Shown here: positions 1 to 14,655 of the stretch, one piece after another
How the letters are laid out: every line of letters starts with the position of its first letter
How positions within the stretch are numbered: the first letter of the stretch is position 1
Origin: Trichoplax sp. H2
Lineage: Eukaryota
Length of the DNA stretch: 64,000 nt
Assembly: GCA_003344405.1 (NCBI GenBank)
Contig: NOWV01000014.1
Coordinates: forward strand, 310,001 to 374,000
Direction of reading: 5' to 3'
Position numbers and translations under genes: made by a program
The notes under the pieces: generated by a model
The model's input: only the letters and a program-made list of their open reading frames with translations
Databases searched by the model: none
What the model was told of the DNA's origin: nothing

Positions 1-95
1 ACACATAAGGAAGAAGAGTTATCACTGTAACGAACACAACTTTACTGTCAAAGTATCTTTATCTTAATAACTTAAAAATCAATTATTAATTTCAG

Positions 96-3000
96 TCGAT
101 CAACTTTGAAAAAAAACAACTGATGCAACAGTGGAACAGTAGCTTAATTGGGTTAAGAAGAAGGGATGAAGCGTTGGCTGGGCTTCGTAAAGCAATCGAG
201 TAAGCTATAATTGAAAGTTACATCGATAGATGGAAATAAAATTGAAAAGTTTCAATCATTCTAATAATAATACATTAGTTTTCGTTAACTAATTGCATTT
301 TATATAAACTAATCCAACTATTCTTTATTTATAACTTGACACAAACTTATAGCCTACAACAACAACAATTACTTGCTTACGATACTGAAATTGCTGTAAC
401 GAAAAAATCAATTGAAAAAGAGCAGAAACAGAATGAAGGGTTAACGTTAATAAATAATAAGAACGAAGCTGAGCTAATCTTAGTCAAGAAACAAATTACA
501 ACTAGTCAGCAAAAATTAGACTCGGTTAAAATTGATTACAGCAAAATGAATAGAACACTGCGTGAAATAGAGCAACACTTAAATAAAGTTACTGCGGTAA
601 GTTAACTGCCTCAAAGTCCTCTTTTAAGGATTAATGTAAATTGATAATGCTGAATCGCTCATTTTAATAGTAAATTTAATAAGTTAATCACTAAAATTTC
701 AATGTAAACGTTACTAACGTATAAAATGTCACCTTTACTTCGAAAATATTTCTTGCAATAATACTAAACTTACTTTATGTTGGAATGTCATACCATTTTT
801 AGGATGTAGTATTAAAGAATAATGACTTAATCGCATTAAGAAAGAATATTGAGCGAGTCTATGATGACAAAGTGAAATTGCAAAGTGCAATTGAAAAGGA
901 ATTATACTCGCGGCAGACCATTGATAAAGCTTCAAAATATTCCAAAAAAGTTACCAGTAAAATAAGGCAAACTTTGATGTCTAAGGTATATTTTTTATAA
1001 GCCATATACTTATAACATCAGTAATTATTTAGAATTACGAGTACATAAATTTTTATACTTTTAGATCTTAATATAGTAAGAAGCAAATCACGATAATTCA
1101 TTTTTATTAAATAAGTATTCATACATCTGATAGATTTATCAATTTTATATTAGTATCTATATCATTATTCACTACTCAAAACTATGAAACAAAAAGCTAT
1201 ACTTTTGCTGCAGTATGATGACAAATTTTTGCTATATCTTCACAAATTTTCCTATAGGAAAATGAAGTTGCTGCTATCGAAAATGAAATCAGTCATACTG
1301 TATTATCTACAGCTCAATGTAAGAATCGTCTTGAAAAATCAAATCAACAATTAGATCAGTACAACCAAGAAATACGTGAAAAGAATAAATTGATTGGTAA
1401 ATATGAAAGTTCAGTTAATGGTAGTAATGCCACCATTGAAAAGAAGCAAACTCAAATTGATCAATTAAATAAAAAAATTGAAAAGATATTAAGCAGCCGT
1501 GAAGGTGGTGGTGAGGAATTAGGCCCGCTGGAGATTCAAATTAAGACATTATTAAAACAAATTGAAAGCTTACATCAAGAGAATGAACAACTGAAACAAT
1601 TCTGGTTACGTGGGCAAAATGAATTAGTAAAACATACTAAAGAGCGCGAAGAGCAAGGGGATGGTGTTGAATCACTAAAAAAACAATTTACAGTATTAAA
1701 TCAGAAGAAATTAAGAATTGAGAATCAAATTCAAAGTGAAGAGAAAGAAATTGCTGAAGTCTCTCATAGCACACGCAATTTACGCAATGAAATGATTAAA
1801 TTAAATATGTTAATATCCAAAAAAAATAACCAACGTGAAGATATGGAACAAAGCAACATTCTAATGGAAAGTGAATTTATCAAAGCATTAAAAGAAGCAG
1901 AGATAGCATCTATGGAAATGGATAATAATTTGCAAATGTTAAATGAAGAAAAGGAGCGTTTATTAAGTAGTCTTGTTGAAGCTGAGCGACAAATTATGCT
2001 TTGGGAAAAGAAGACACAACTAGCTAAAGAGATGAGAGCAGCTGTCGATTCTGAAACCGGTCAGGGTGAAATAAAAGCAATGAAAATGGAAATTCATCGT
2101 ATGGAAGTTCGCTATGGCCAATTATGTCGACAACAAGAGAAAATGATTCAAGATATGGAGAAATCAGTATTTAAACGTGAGTGTATTGTAACGCGCAGTG
2201 ATGCGCAAGCTAAGACCGGACGTAATGAAAATACCAAGAGAGCATTTCAAAAGAATTTAGTTGAAATTAAAAAGAAAATCAAAAAAACTACCGAAGATGT
2301 AGCAAATGGTGATGGCGAGCTCAAACGATACCGTGAAATGCAAGTACAACTTAGTCAAGATCTCGAAAGCAAAAAAGAATCATGCCATACATTGCAGCGT
2401 TCGATTGATGCAGTTGAAGCAGATGTAGATCAAATGGCTGAAATGAAGCAAAAGGTAAGAAAAATTAATCAATTGATATTTTCAATATCAGAATGAAACC
2501 ATATATAATGCTCAAAATTCGAAATTGTTAAAGTATATACGTTATAAGTATCAATTTACAGTGGCTTTATATAGGATCAGTTTATAAATTTTACAATTTA
2601 CAATAATCGCTCTAAAAATTATAATCCAAACTTGTTAATTAATCTATGTTCTGCAATCTATGAACGCTGCAGACATTTGCTTAACAATATTATATTAAAT
2701 ATACTTAATTGTAAACAAATTAGTTTTAACATAAATTAATTTTTGTCACATAATCTCTTCAATACCAAAAAAAACGTCTTCATTCTAATGATTAGATACA
2801 CAAAAGCAATAATTCCTTATCATTGTATCTCTATTCAGCTGCTGCATCTTAAAACTCTTTACATATTCTTAATAGCTAATATTTTGCTAAGTTAAGCTTA
2901 TAAATGGAAGATAACGCTATAAGAGTTATTATCTTTTATAACAGTTCTACATAACTTAGTTTAAAAAGTAAAATCTAAAAATTGTCTTTTTTTATTTAAT

Positions 3001-3253
3001 TTAAAATAAGAATTTTTCGGAAATTCTGGAAGGCCAACAACGTGTTAAATATTACCAAGAATTAAAAGATGGTAAATATCGTATGTTATGCAAGACACAT
3101 GAAGGTATTGATAACGAATGGCAGCGTCAACATGAAAAGACTCAGTCATTAAATACTTTAATCGATCGATTAAATCAAGAGTATCCCTATGCACAATCTT
3201 CGTTACGAAAAGTGACACAGATGATATCTAATAAGATGACTACCTTGTATTAG
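96..3253 (+). CDS. CCDC40: Coiled-coil domain-containing protein 40 (axonemal 96-nm ruler), 3' portion; gene begins upstream of the window
   Basis: Phase-consistent GT-AG exons 96-199, 353-596, 803-985, 1258-2454 and 3011-3253 (stop TAG). Motifs INFEKKQLMQQWNSSLIGLRRRDEA, QFWLRGQNELV and LVEAERQIMLWEKKTQLAKEMRAAVDSETGQGEIKAMKMEIHRMEVRY match CCDC40. Confidence 0.93.
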
Positions 3254-4463
3254 TTACTTTATCTGAATGAAAATTACTATGTCCTTTACCGCTGTTAGAC
3301 TGTAAGTACACTACAGATTGCGAATACTGTATTTAGTCACGTTTTAATGATGGCAAAATTTAGAATTAAAATTATGATAAATCTGTCCAAAATTATGACA
3401 GTTTGTAATAACAAGATACATTGTAATAGTTGTTGGCAACAGTAAATTATGATTTCTTTATAGTATGCGAGAAATTTTAATGCGTAATTTGACATAATAA
3501 TATACCAATCTCGTTTACTGTAATATTTTGATTTCAGTTTAGTTACACTAGAAACTTCGATTAATATACTTGCACATATGTAATTGCAAAATATGTATAC
3601 TAGCTTATCATGAATTATTTCAATATACGACTTAGGTGTAAAATAATACTGTTTTCATATTGTAATTTATTGGTCAGCACACTGATAACGCTAAAAGTCG
3701 TAGCTGTGAATAAAATGTAGCAGGAAGCTATGGCTTTTTATTTGTAGCGATTTAACGTTTTACAACATTTACGTTTTTACAAGCAAATATCCGTATTTTT
3801 TAACCGCTTAAGTACCAATATTGGTTATACATACAATAGTATTTTATTTAATCTCCTTAAGTGTAATCTAATACTATGGTAACGACATCTTACTTGAGCA
3901 AATAAAAGTCTAACTCAAAAGAAGCTGATCTTCGTAATCGGTAAATTTGTAGGTGATGCAGGCGTATTGATTTTGTGCTACGCTATGTGAGAAATGCAAA
4001 ATGGTACTAAAGTATTTTAGATCAATATAGCATACTATCGTATATAAAGATAAGTATCATCATTTAATAGTGTATGCTGATACTTAGTAGGCTAATAAAC
4101 CTGCAAATATCATAACAGCAGTTATTTCATTCTAAGATTTATTGACTGTACATCACAGGGATTGTTAAAAATTGCAAAATGTCATATACGCTTAATGTTA
4201 CAATTATGACTTTTCGCTCTTTATACATTTACTAGTATACAGCTAGTAGTAACGAAATCTATTTTCTGTATTTATCGTAGTCTCTTGTGTCGGTAGATGT
4301 AATTATACGGTATTATTAGCAGCACATTTCGATATAATACGACACAATATATAGCTTTTCTAGTTACTTGATTAAGATATAAATTCTTTCACAATAGATT
4401 ATTTTAAAAACAGGCTGCGAAGTGATAAACAACGCCAGTTTGTTTCCCAATAAGAGAATCAAA

Positions 4464-7400
4464 TTAGTGAGTTCGCTGAATTTCAAACAGTTTGACGTTA
4501 GTGTCGTACCATATAGGAGGATCGAAATTTCTAACAATCGTAATGCAAACATTAATAAGCTACAACGGATTTTAGTGTGTTTTTATGAAAAATAATAATG
4601 GCATTCATACCTTAAGTATATAATGCCCCACATGTATGTTCGAAACCACATAGTAGTAGCGCTGTTAGGCTATTAATAAATACAAAGGAAAATATAAGTC
4701 AGTCAGTGGAAAAATTGAAATAAAACAATAAGGAGTAGTAAATTTACTTTTAATCATTTTACTTTAGACAAATACAGCTTCGACAATAAAATCCTTCAAA
4801 TACCTGATATTTTCTTATCAGAATTGGATGGGGAACTGGCAGCAATCCCACAAGCGTACCGTGCTGTAAGAACTTCAAAATTTCACTTTCATCAGTTAAG
4901 CCCCTAATCAAAATGATATTGTTATGATCATTAAATTAAAAATCGAGTTAGCTTAATGAGCAGATCAAATGGTAATAAAAAAAGGGTGAATAACGAACTT
5001 ATCAATGCAAATTTTCTCCACTTGCGGTACTAATACTTGCAGCATTCGCATGATGGTTTGTAGAGGTAATTTTTGCTTCCATGACAATACCTTTGTGTGT
5101 ACATAGAAATTAAGCTGAGTAACTAATCTCATCGGTTTTAGGCATTAATAAAAACAGTTTAGTAAATCTCCGTTGTTGTGAAGAAAGAACGAAAGTAAAG
5201 CCAATTTTTACCCATTCTGGAGTTGGAGTAAAGTGTCCGTCAGGTGATACACTATCAAATCTCGGCGACTTCTTTATTTTCTTGGTTTTCTTCTTCATAC
5301 TGGCAGCGCCAGTTTTGCTTAACTCATCATCGCTCGAAGTATCAGATTCACTTCCACTAATGTTATTAGGATCGGAGGCACTTTCAGTGCCGCTCTGATA
5401 CTGGGCTACTGATATGCTCTCTATATAATCAAATATAGGAGTCAAATACAAAAATAAATATTTCATTACTGGACGACCGGTAGTCTACGGTGTTAAAAGC
5501 TATTTTGCAGTAATCCACTTAAATTATCAATTTACCAATTCCAGAAGAAACTAAAGTTTTTGTTCCGAGAGTACCACTTGCCCCTGCATCACTGAAATTT
5601 TTCATTACTTTAATATGGCTCTTAAACGCAAAAAAATGAATGTTTATAAAAGAAATTTATTTGGTAACTTACTCTGAACTATCTTCTTTCTTATTGGGTT
5701 TAACTACAGTCGAAGGATCAGTAGGTAGATTGGCCAACTAATATGTAAATGTAATATGTTTATAAGTACATGTGTTATAAGAGAAATTAAAACTTATGAA
5801 GGTATGCTGAAATTGGTGAACATAATAAAGAAAACCATTTTGATAATAACCTGATGAAATATATTTCTCTTACGGATTATTGTGTATACTAAATGGGAAT
5901 TACCTGCAAAGAAAAATCGCCAATATGGGCATTAATAAAAATTCGAAATGTATTGAACTAAAGCGTTAGCTACTAGTTCGTATTTGCATTAATTACCATC
6001 AAACTGATACTGGATAATATTATTGAATACTTCCAGTAAAAAGAATATCAAGTGATGATTGTTGTTGTTACTAAATAAAAACCAGGGTGTTGAGAAAGCC
6101 TATCAAATATATTGCAAAATTAAAATAATTTAATCACTAAATAGCTTAATATAGCGATAATTTCAAATAGAAGATTAAAATAAAAGTGCAACTAGAAGAC
6201 ATACCTCTAGCAGATGAAGCAATTTGTTACTAGCAACAATTGATAAAGTTTTCGAGTAAGGTGAAACTATGGCCGAATAAAATATTACCATATAACGAAT
6301 CAGTTTTATGTAATCAAGTATTAATGAAATTATGTCGAATAACTAAAATGATTACTAACTTACCATTAACAAGGACGGTTAAAAGGCAATCAAATATAGG
6401 TGCTAAGCGTTGATGGCCAGTAGTAATTACTTTATGAAATACCTACGTAAGATTAGTTGATAAGGGAAAGCTGCAATATATAGTAAATTTTAGAATAAAT
6501 TTGTTCTAATCATCAATTTAGAACTTACAATTACTAAAAAATCAATATGTGTGCCATTAAATACTGGTAAATCCATTGGTACTTTAGCTGAGAACGGCTT
6601 ATTTAAGCGAACACCTGCATAGAAGGTCAAAAAATTATTTGAATTAATTACTTTAATTAGCTTATTTGATAAAACGGTAAAGTAATTAATATCTACTCTT
6701 TTACCAAAATTTCTTTCACCGCTCAAAAGTAATAAAATGAATACTCCAATATGCATTAAGCCGATACGAGCTATCACAATTAAATAAAGAAGAATTTTAA
6801 AGGATAAGATTTAATCCAATAAATTAATAATTATACTTAAACCATCTTTATAATCTGCATACTAAAGATATCGCAAGATTTTTATGTTACTAACCTGGAT
6901 CACACCTAGCATCATTCAAGTAATATAGGATTGGTACTAAGATATCTAAAACGTCACTACTCTTAAGTACATAGTACAGGAATTTCTGAAAGAATGTAGT
7001 AAAAATAGATATTAGACTAGCAATATTATCGCCCCTATTACTGACAGTCATCAACAGACCTTATTACAATCACAGACTTTCCAGAGAAAAATTAATAATT
7101 CTTGATAGAAACCTATCTTCTTGCACGAATTTGGTAGATAAGTCTATTAATCAATAAAAGAAAATGATTTTATTTCAGTTATGGACTACATACGCTGTCG
7201 TACTATTTAACAATAATACTGAAATGATGAAAGATGCTTTCTTACTTGCAGTAATGGGTTATTAAGTAATAAAATTATACCGCGTAGAATGAAAGTAAAA
7301 TCCTATAATCAAAAATTTCAGAGTTTATTTTGCATATAATTGCTCTTTAAATACAAAAACATGCAGTAAAACAATTAGTATTTTTCAGGATTTTAAGCTG

Positions 7401-10400
7401 ACCTCTTCGCGATGTATTCGTGATAAATAATTGCAAAATAGATTATCGTTTATTCCTGCCTACATAGTGAAGGTTCGTTAAATTTAGATAAATAAAGCTG
7501 TACCCAGATTTTGTGCATACACAACTGAAGGATACTTACTGTGTCATGTTCAGCACTTCGATCGATAGTGATAGTGGAAGGTTCATGATCGAGGACGACA
7601 ACTAGCAACTGGACAGCAATTTCGACCAACGGTTCTCTTGCGTCTTGAAACATGAGATGATTATAAGGAACTCCATAACCGACGGGATCATACGAGCAGA
7701 CGGTATTTAATAACGACGTAAATAAAGGCAATGCATGTCTTAAGGAAATATGTAAAAATAAATCGTTAGTAATTGCAAAAAAATACGTACAATAACAAAT
7801 AATAAGATTGAAGTACAATAGATTATCGTAGTTACCTATTATTCGTCGATGTAAAGTAATCCAACCACTGGTTATTTCCAGAATCGGCTAAGGGCGGAAG
7901 TTGTTGAAATAATAATTACGAAATTCATGTTTCCGAGAAATTTTACAGTTGAAAATAGTATCAGAAAGATTAACGTACCACTTGGTAGCATATACAATGA
8001 TTCAGAAAAACAAGTGAGTAGCAGCTTCAGAATTTCTGTTCTATTTCGATCAAATTGAGGATTAGCTGGCGTTGAGGTAGCAAATCCAACTCCAGCCTCC
8101 CTATTTGTAATGTTAAAATATTTAACATTAATGCAAGTTTAAATTTACCGATTGATAAGTAACTATACATCAAATTTTTTATATCACAACTAAACTATAC
8201 CAAATATATTCACAGCTGTCAATAGAAGGCAGATCATCAGGGGTCTCCTAGTAGTTGATAGGTGTTATAGTACAACGAATAAGTAATCCTAAAAGTTAAA
8301 TATATCATTACCGTAAGAAAGTACTATAATTACAGGGCCAGCTTTCTTATGTTTGGGAACAGTAAAGTCTGGACAGAATAAGAGATCCTAAAATTTTGAA
8401 TGATAATCATTAGTCTGCGTCGCAGGTTGGTTACAACATTCAATGATATAAAGTGTGAGAGAAAGCGTATTTCAGTGAAGGTAAAATTATGATTAATTAT
8501 AGATAGATTATTACATACCAGAATGGCATTAAGTAATGATTTCGCTAATGGTTGAGCTCCATCCTAATCAGAGAATACAATAGTATGAACAACAGAGGTG
8601 TTTCACATTGTACGAATGTTTAAGACTTTCAATATACATGTAGATGATATACTTACAGAGCCTTCAGTCATATTTCGAACCTCAGGTGATCCATCATCAT
8701 CCTAAAGTGGAATAAAAAAGTGATAAATTACATCTGGCATAAGTAGCATAGCACTATAATAACGATCTTATTTGATTTAAGAATTCCATTAACCGTATTT
8801 GCTGGAACTGAGGACCAGAAAAATCCTCGCCAATCACTGTCTTCGAATATGTACGGCAAAATTCTAGTTAATAGCCTACAGCAATTCAGTACTGTTTGAT
8901 ATAAAGCACAATAATAATTAGTAAATTTGAATAAAATATAGAAATTAAATTGATTCATATGCATATGACCTATTTACATCATTTAATAATTTTGATAAAT
9001 GAGCAACATGGTGGCATAACTGAAGAATGACTTTGTGATTACGTAATTTTATGAGCACTTTAAAGATCAAATTATAATTATCAATAGCTATGTTATCCGT
9101 TTTATTCAGAAAGTTAATCTAAAGAGTAAGATTAATAGGATGCCAAGATTGCTCTTCAAACTACTACAAAATCTTATTCAAAGGTAACTATTCAAGTGCA
9201 ACTACAAATACAGTAGGTATTTATTATTTCTTAAATAAAGTACTATAGATTAAGAGGCGGTGTATTAAAATAGATAATGCCTTTGTTATATATTTCTTGC
9301 CTGTAGTTTGCTCCTTTGGTGTTGAACAAGCTGTCATCGAGGCAGCCACTAATTTCTCAACAGCCTGTATATTCGAAAAATAATGACCCAAGATATTATA
9401 ACTTATAAAATAAAATGGCATAACTTGATTATTACGTTTATATTAATGAGATTGACAAAATATGATAAACACATGATGATACGTCAATCATTTTTATTTT
9501 TTTAACTTCTTATTATGTTCCAGGATGTTACAAATTTATAATTTCAACTGTTTAACCTTAAATTATGGATTTTCAAAGTTAAAGCTACAAAGTAATGACT
9601 TAGTTTCCTTCGTTAAGAAACATGCTATTATACGATCAATTGTATAATTTCAGTATTCTGCAGTAGAAAGACGGTGTTGATATTTTATAAGATCTTTCTT
9701 TTGAACGGTATAGCCTTTATGCGAGGAAATAAATCTAGTTTGCAAATGCTCATTACGATAACAACTTTTAAACAAGTTATTACATATGTAATTGCAAAAA
9801 TTTATTAAAACTCTATCCTGGAACGACATAACTTTGATGGTAAACGATACTTTTATCAGGATGATGAAGAACTAGAAATGTCGGACATGTGGATAATTAA
9901 ACCATATGTTTACGGTAGCAGTAGCCTCAATACGATCGATTTCCGCATACTCGTACAGTAGTGTAAATTGATTGTTGCTGATACTATCTTGATCTTAACA
10001 ATACGTTTAATGATGAAATGAAAAAGTGATCGAACGAACAGAGTTCGTAAAGAATATATAGTAGCAATAACGACGACAGTGTTTTTTTTAGTTGAGTATG
10101 AATTGTAATCATACGATTGACTGACGATAAAAGTGATTAACCAAGTATTATTGATAAACTTACTGCTACCAGTTAATGAATCTATAGCACAAAAATGTTT
10201 TTATGATATAGTCAACTTTACCAGTAATTAATTACTATACTATAGAATAATGGATCCTATCATATCATTCATTAAGATATCATTTTTTGATACGGTTAAG
10301 AGTATACTCTAAATAAAAACACGGCATATGCGATCGTCAATGCAGAGTTATTGTTCTGCCGTGATCCTTTCACTATGTTATTATTTATGAAAAATTATAA

Positions 10401-13274
10401 ATTTATTACTCCGTAAAGCTAAAAATATAATTTCTTTCTTCATTTTGAAGAATACCTTACAATAATCGTTGGAACTCTGCTCGTAAACATACTAGATACT
10501 TTGAAAGTACAGCTACAAAGCATAGAATGGAAAAGCTGACTGCTAACAATTGCAGGTATTAAGGAGCATCCACTTAACATTTTCTATTAGTAAGTTTCAC
10601 TAATGTATTCATAGTCATCTCGTGGTACGAAGGGATTATATTACTTAGTCTTAAGCTAAGTTACAGTATATAGCTCGGCCAAGGCGTATTAACTACCTAG
10701 ACTAGATTATTGTATTGTTGATGATGATGCTGTCGGTAAGGATACGAAAGGAATAAAGTTTTAAAGACTTTCCATTTTAAAGTTGAAATAGAAATGAATA
10801 ATAAAATCAAATACTGCTAATAATAATGATTTATAGAATATACCCTATTCACTGCTAATACTCGTAAAAACTAGCCATAGAACCACACAACTATGAAAAA
10901 TTGCAAAATACGTCAATGGACATAGAGACACCGGTTGTGACCATACACTATCAAAATTCAAATTTTATACAGTATTATAAGGAAAGGTTAATATGTTTTT
11001 TAAATTCTGGGGATTTAGAAATACTATACCAAAGGCTTTACACTACCATAACAAAAGCTTTATTACTTAAGCTTAAAAAAAACTTGAAGAAGTTATAGTG
11101 CAGATGTTGCTGTTTCATTAATAGCGCATAAATTTGTATAAACACATCAATTTTCATCCTACCTTAATCGAGAGTGTAGCTAAATTTGACGGTGCTTCAT
11201 CTCTTAATGTACGAATCTCTTGGGCTGTAACTAAAGTGAAAATGTCCTGTACAGAAGCAATCGATTCGCTCCAAAATTGATCCCAAAAAGCATCGTCATT
11301 AGCATCAATTGGCTGTCAAAATAAAATATATAGTATGTTATTATCAACAGGAGGTGTTAACCAGCAAACAATATTTAGATCAATCAATTAATGAAAAATC
11401 TAAGTTGATTATGTGAGATATGGGGAAAAGATACATCATTGTATAGGAAAATGTTCCAAGAAAATTCTAATTGTAGGAAAAAGTAGTTGTCATCTAATAA
11501 TTTGTGAGTAGTTTTAATATCTTGGATCGAGGTCTGGATACAAACTGCAAACAATTCAATTTGATCCTAGTTGACTTTCCATTTTGTTTCCAAGGATTAA
11601 GCTTAAACAACACCAAGTATGCTTATGAAAGTGTGTTTTGTCTGGCATACTGTACATTATAAGAAATAAGAACAGTAGTTCCAGGCGAATATTTAACTGT
11701 GCTTTAATTATAGGGCCAATGTACATGTATTTCAAGTTCAATGCAGTTTTCATGTTGTGATTTTGCTGTCGTATCTTCAAAAAACAGGAGCTTTATTAAA
11801 AATAATTCGTTGTAACGAGTATGCAATCATGCGCGTCTTGTTTCATTTACTTTACTGAGATTCTTACTGTAGAATTCCTATTTCGTACAATCTAATATTA
11901 AAGAATTGATTGCTTATATGATTCGATCATTATTATACGCGTATACTGCAATGCATAAGTATATAGTAATAACAATACTGTACAATAAAAATAATAAACT
12001 ACAGTAATTTATCATTGCTTTCTGTACACTCGTTCCCTAATTCAAGTGCCCCAAAATAGGAAATTTTAACATGAGGAATAATATTACGATCTGAGACGAA
12101 AAGGAAGTATACGCTGGTCGATTCCTTGGAATTTTACTATTGTTAAAATTAAGAACAACAATAGTTTAACAAGGCCAAATAAAATAACTTTACCAAGGGG
12201 TGAGTAAACCTACAGTAAGTCATAACGTACGGTCAAAGTATGAATATTGGTATGTACATACAGTAGCTCAGTTAGGAACATTCTCCATTCTATTAAAATT
12301 TAAAAAATCGATGAATGTCTGTATATTCACTCAATGCAAACATGGTTTGGATTTATGAGTCAGAGTAACAAGGGTTGATAGTTCACGGTAAGGAGATTTG
12401 ATATTACGATAGAGTGAGTATCCAGTAGGAATCATGATGATCAACTGTATCATCGCCGTGTATCGTTGATTTTATATTACAGTATTTGATAACTTTCCCA
12501 AATAGTACAGCACTGTAGTGTAGATTGCTTTTCCTATACTAATTAATTCATAACAACAGCTACCACACTGTAAGCGTAGACAACCATGACTCCTTTTGAA
12601 TATTTACTATCATTGCGTAGCATAACATTGGAATAAAATATACTGCAAAGGAAAATGTTATTATTCCATCTCTAAACTGAATGCAAGATTTGTATTCTAT
12701 CTATATAAAATAAGAGTCTATTTTTTAATCAATATCACACACGAAGAATATGTTATTTTCTTGTAGGGCTCTTTCACTGGATATGAATGAAAGCTACTCG
12801 ATGGGTCGACCCTATCGCAGAAATTGGATGACTCTGTTGAACTACAAATACCATGACTAAGCGAATATGGATCGTCATTTTCACTAGTCGTTCTATCTAT
12901 TTTCAAGTCTATAACTAAATTGATTGTTTCAATTTATCTTTTGACCACTACAAGAACAGCTGTAAATGATTTGAATAGTCAAAGAAGAGAGAAAAAAAAA
13001 AAAAATCTGCTATGAGCGTATGGAAAATATGTTGTCCACATAGACTCTATACTGTACAATGGCATAGTGTACTGTATCAGTCATTGGTGTCAGTCACTAC
13101 AGTGATGAGTGATTTCCTTTTTGGTCAATTTTAGATCATTTTGACACAAAATTTGAACTCTTCTCTTGGATGGAAATGGACAGAAGACATTTTAATTGAT
13201 TGCATTACCATTGTTTTGGTGGTTAGCTGAACGATAGCCTTGCGAAAATAGAGTTTGCTGTCTGTGCCACCCAT
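4464..13274 (-). CDS. HID1: HID1 domain-containing protein (Golgi/dense-core vesicle biogenesis), about 28 exons
   Basis: Exon 1 (13209-13274) encodes MGGTDSKLYFRKAIVQLTTKT with an MGxxxS myristoylation motif. Exon 2 (11163-11312) has DDAFWDQFW. Later exons give VLNCCRLLTRILPYIFED, DLLFCPDFTV, CEYIWEAGVGF, HALPLFTSLLNTVCSYDPVGYGVPYNHL, LLLLSGERNFGVRLNKP, LPLQTIMRMLQVLVPQVEKIC and GTLVGLLPVPHPILIRKYQ. The last exon (4464-4530) reads NFDPPIWYDTNVKLFEIQRTH*. Confidence 0.95.
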
Positions 13275-14655
13275 GATTTTCTATCTTTCAATGTGTCCTC
13301 CAGTGAAAACGAAAATGTCAATGACCACAGGAGAAATGTTCCAGTGTACAGATTCGACTGTGAATACATGTACGTCAATAGTGCTGGACGCTGAGTGTAC
13401 CGCTTTATATCAAGCGATGTCTGTTGAAGCGGTACAGTACAGTACACAGACTTGGTATTGGTGCGGTCATGTTGTGACTTGTGAGTTACAGTATGCCTGC
13501 TGTTGCGCAACGTTGCCATTGCAGTGTACTGTACACTGTACACTGTACACTGTATACAGTGTAGTGAAAGTCATACAGTACAGTACAGACATGTTTCTAC
13601 AGTACACAGGACTGACCAGATCGCTGTACTGTACACTGTACACTGTACTCTACCATCGACTCAACTTTTTTCCTTATACTGTACTGTGTACTGTACACTC
13701 AGTGTAATGAGAATTATGAGAGCATAACTGCAATACTGTATACTGTACTGTATACTGTAAACTGTACGCTAATACTGTATAACTGTAAACTGTACGCTAA
13801 TACTGTATACTGTACTGTATTGTACTACAGTATATTGTACTGTACAGTGTACAGTACAGTACTATAATACAATATACTGTACAGTACAGTGTACACTGTA
13901 CAGTACAATAATATACTGTACAGTAATACTGTACTGTAATGAGAATTATGAGAGCATACGGTACTGTACAGTACTGTACTGTAAATGCAATATACTGTAC
14001 TGTACTACAGTACTGTATCATACAATATACTGTACTGTACTGTACCATATACAGTACACTATACTGTACACTGTATTGAGTGTAGTGAAAGTCACGTGTT
14101 TCTACAGTACAGGACTGACCAGACCACTGTACTGTACACTGTACACTGTACTGTACTCTAGCATCCACTCAACTTTTTTTCCTTGTAATGTACTGTATTT
14201 ATACAAGTAATTTTGGCTTTAAGTGCTAATATTACTAGCTTTAACACATTTTATACAACTTTCAATTACATATTCACATAAAACGTCTTATTTTCAATTC
14301 AATGATAGCAAATTTGTCTAGCAAGGACTTCAAACTATAATTTCATCTAGTTTCAAGCGTCGGGAAAGACTTACAGGAGACACCCTCAGAAGTCCAAACC
14401 TTTTAACTGGTCATACAGTACAGGTCATACTGTACTTTACAGTACAGTACTACCCTACAGTACAGTACAATACTGTACACAACGACAAATTGTACTGTAC
14501 TGCCCACAGTACGAAGAGCTATAAAATCACTCTCACACCTTCAAGTTCAGTACTGTAAAAAGCGGCTTCGTCAGACAGAAACGCGACTGTGTAGTAAATA
14601 AATTCATCCATTAGTTTACCAGTAATATCTTGGATTTGGACTTCAATCTGCTATC
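13275..14655. promoter_or_regulatory. Probable bidirectional promoter region for HID1 (-) and TBC1D16 (+)
   Basis: Head-to-head start codons at 13274 (-) and 14656 (+), 1.38 kb apart, with no other gene between them. Confidence 0.7.
13420..14560. repeat. Low-complexity TACAGTA/TACTGTA (TACWGTA) repeat island with internal direct duplication, lying between the divergent HID1 and TBC1D16 starts
   Basis: Dense ACTGT/ACAGT and CTGTACA units. The block agtgtagtgaaagtca...caggactgaccaga...ctcaactttttt occurs at ~13558 and ~14079. gtaatgagaattatgagagcata occurs at 13704 and 13936. Confidence 0.9.

Noticed and set aside
9860-9985. C/D snoRNA-like (ATGATGA...CTGA) or terminal exon in HID1 intron 2
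   Set aside because: It is antisense to the host gene, has no terminal stem or recognisable guide, and has no partner exons.
12262-12285. tRNA D-arm-like TAGCTCAGTTAGG
   Set aside because: No T-arm (GTTCRA) or acceptor stem follows.
13223-14168. ORFs of 74-150 aa rich in Y/C/T/V/Q on both strands
   Set aside because: They are translations of the TACWGTA repeat island and overlap HID1 exon 1 in the wrong frame or strand.
13420-14200. CRISPR-like array
   Set aside because: There is no constant repeat with unique equal-length spacers and no cas genes, and the context is eukaryotic.
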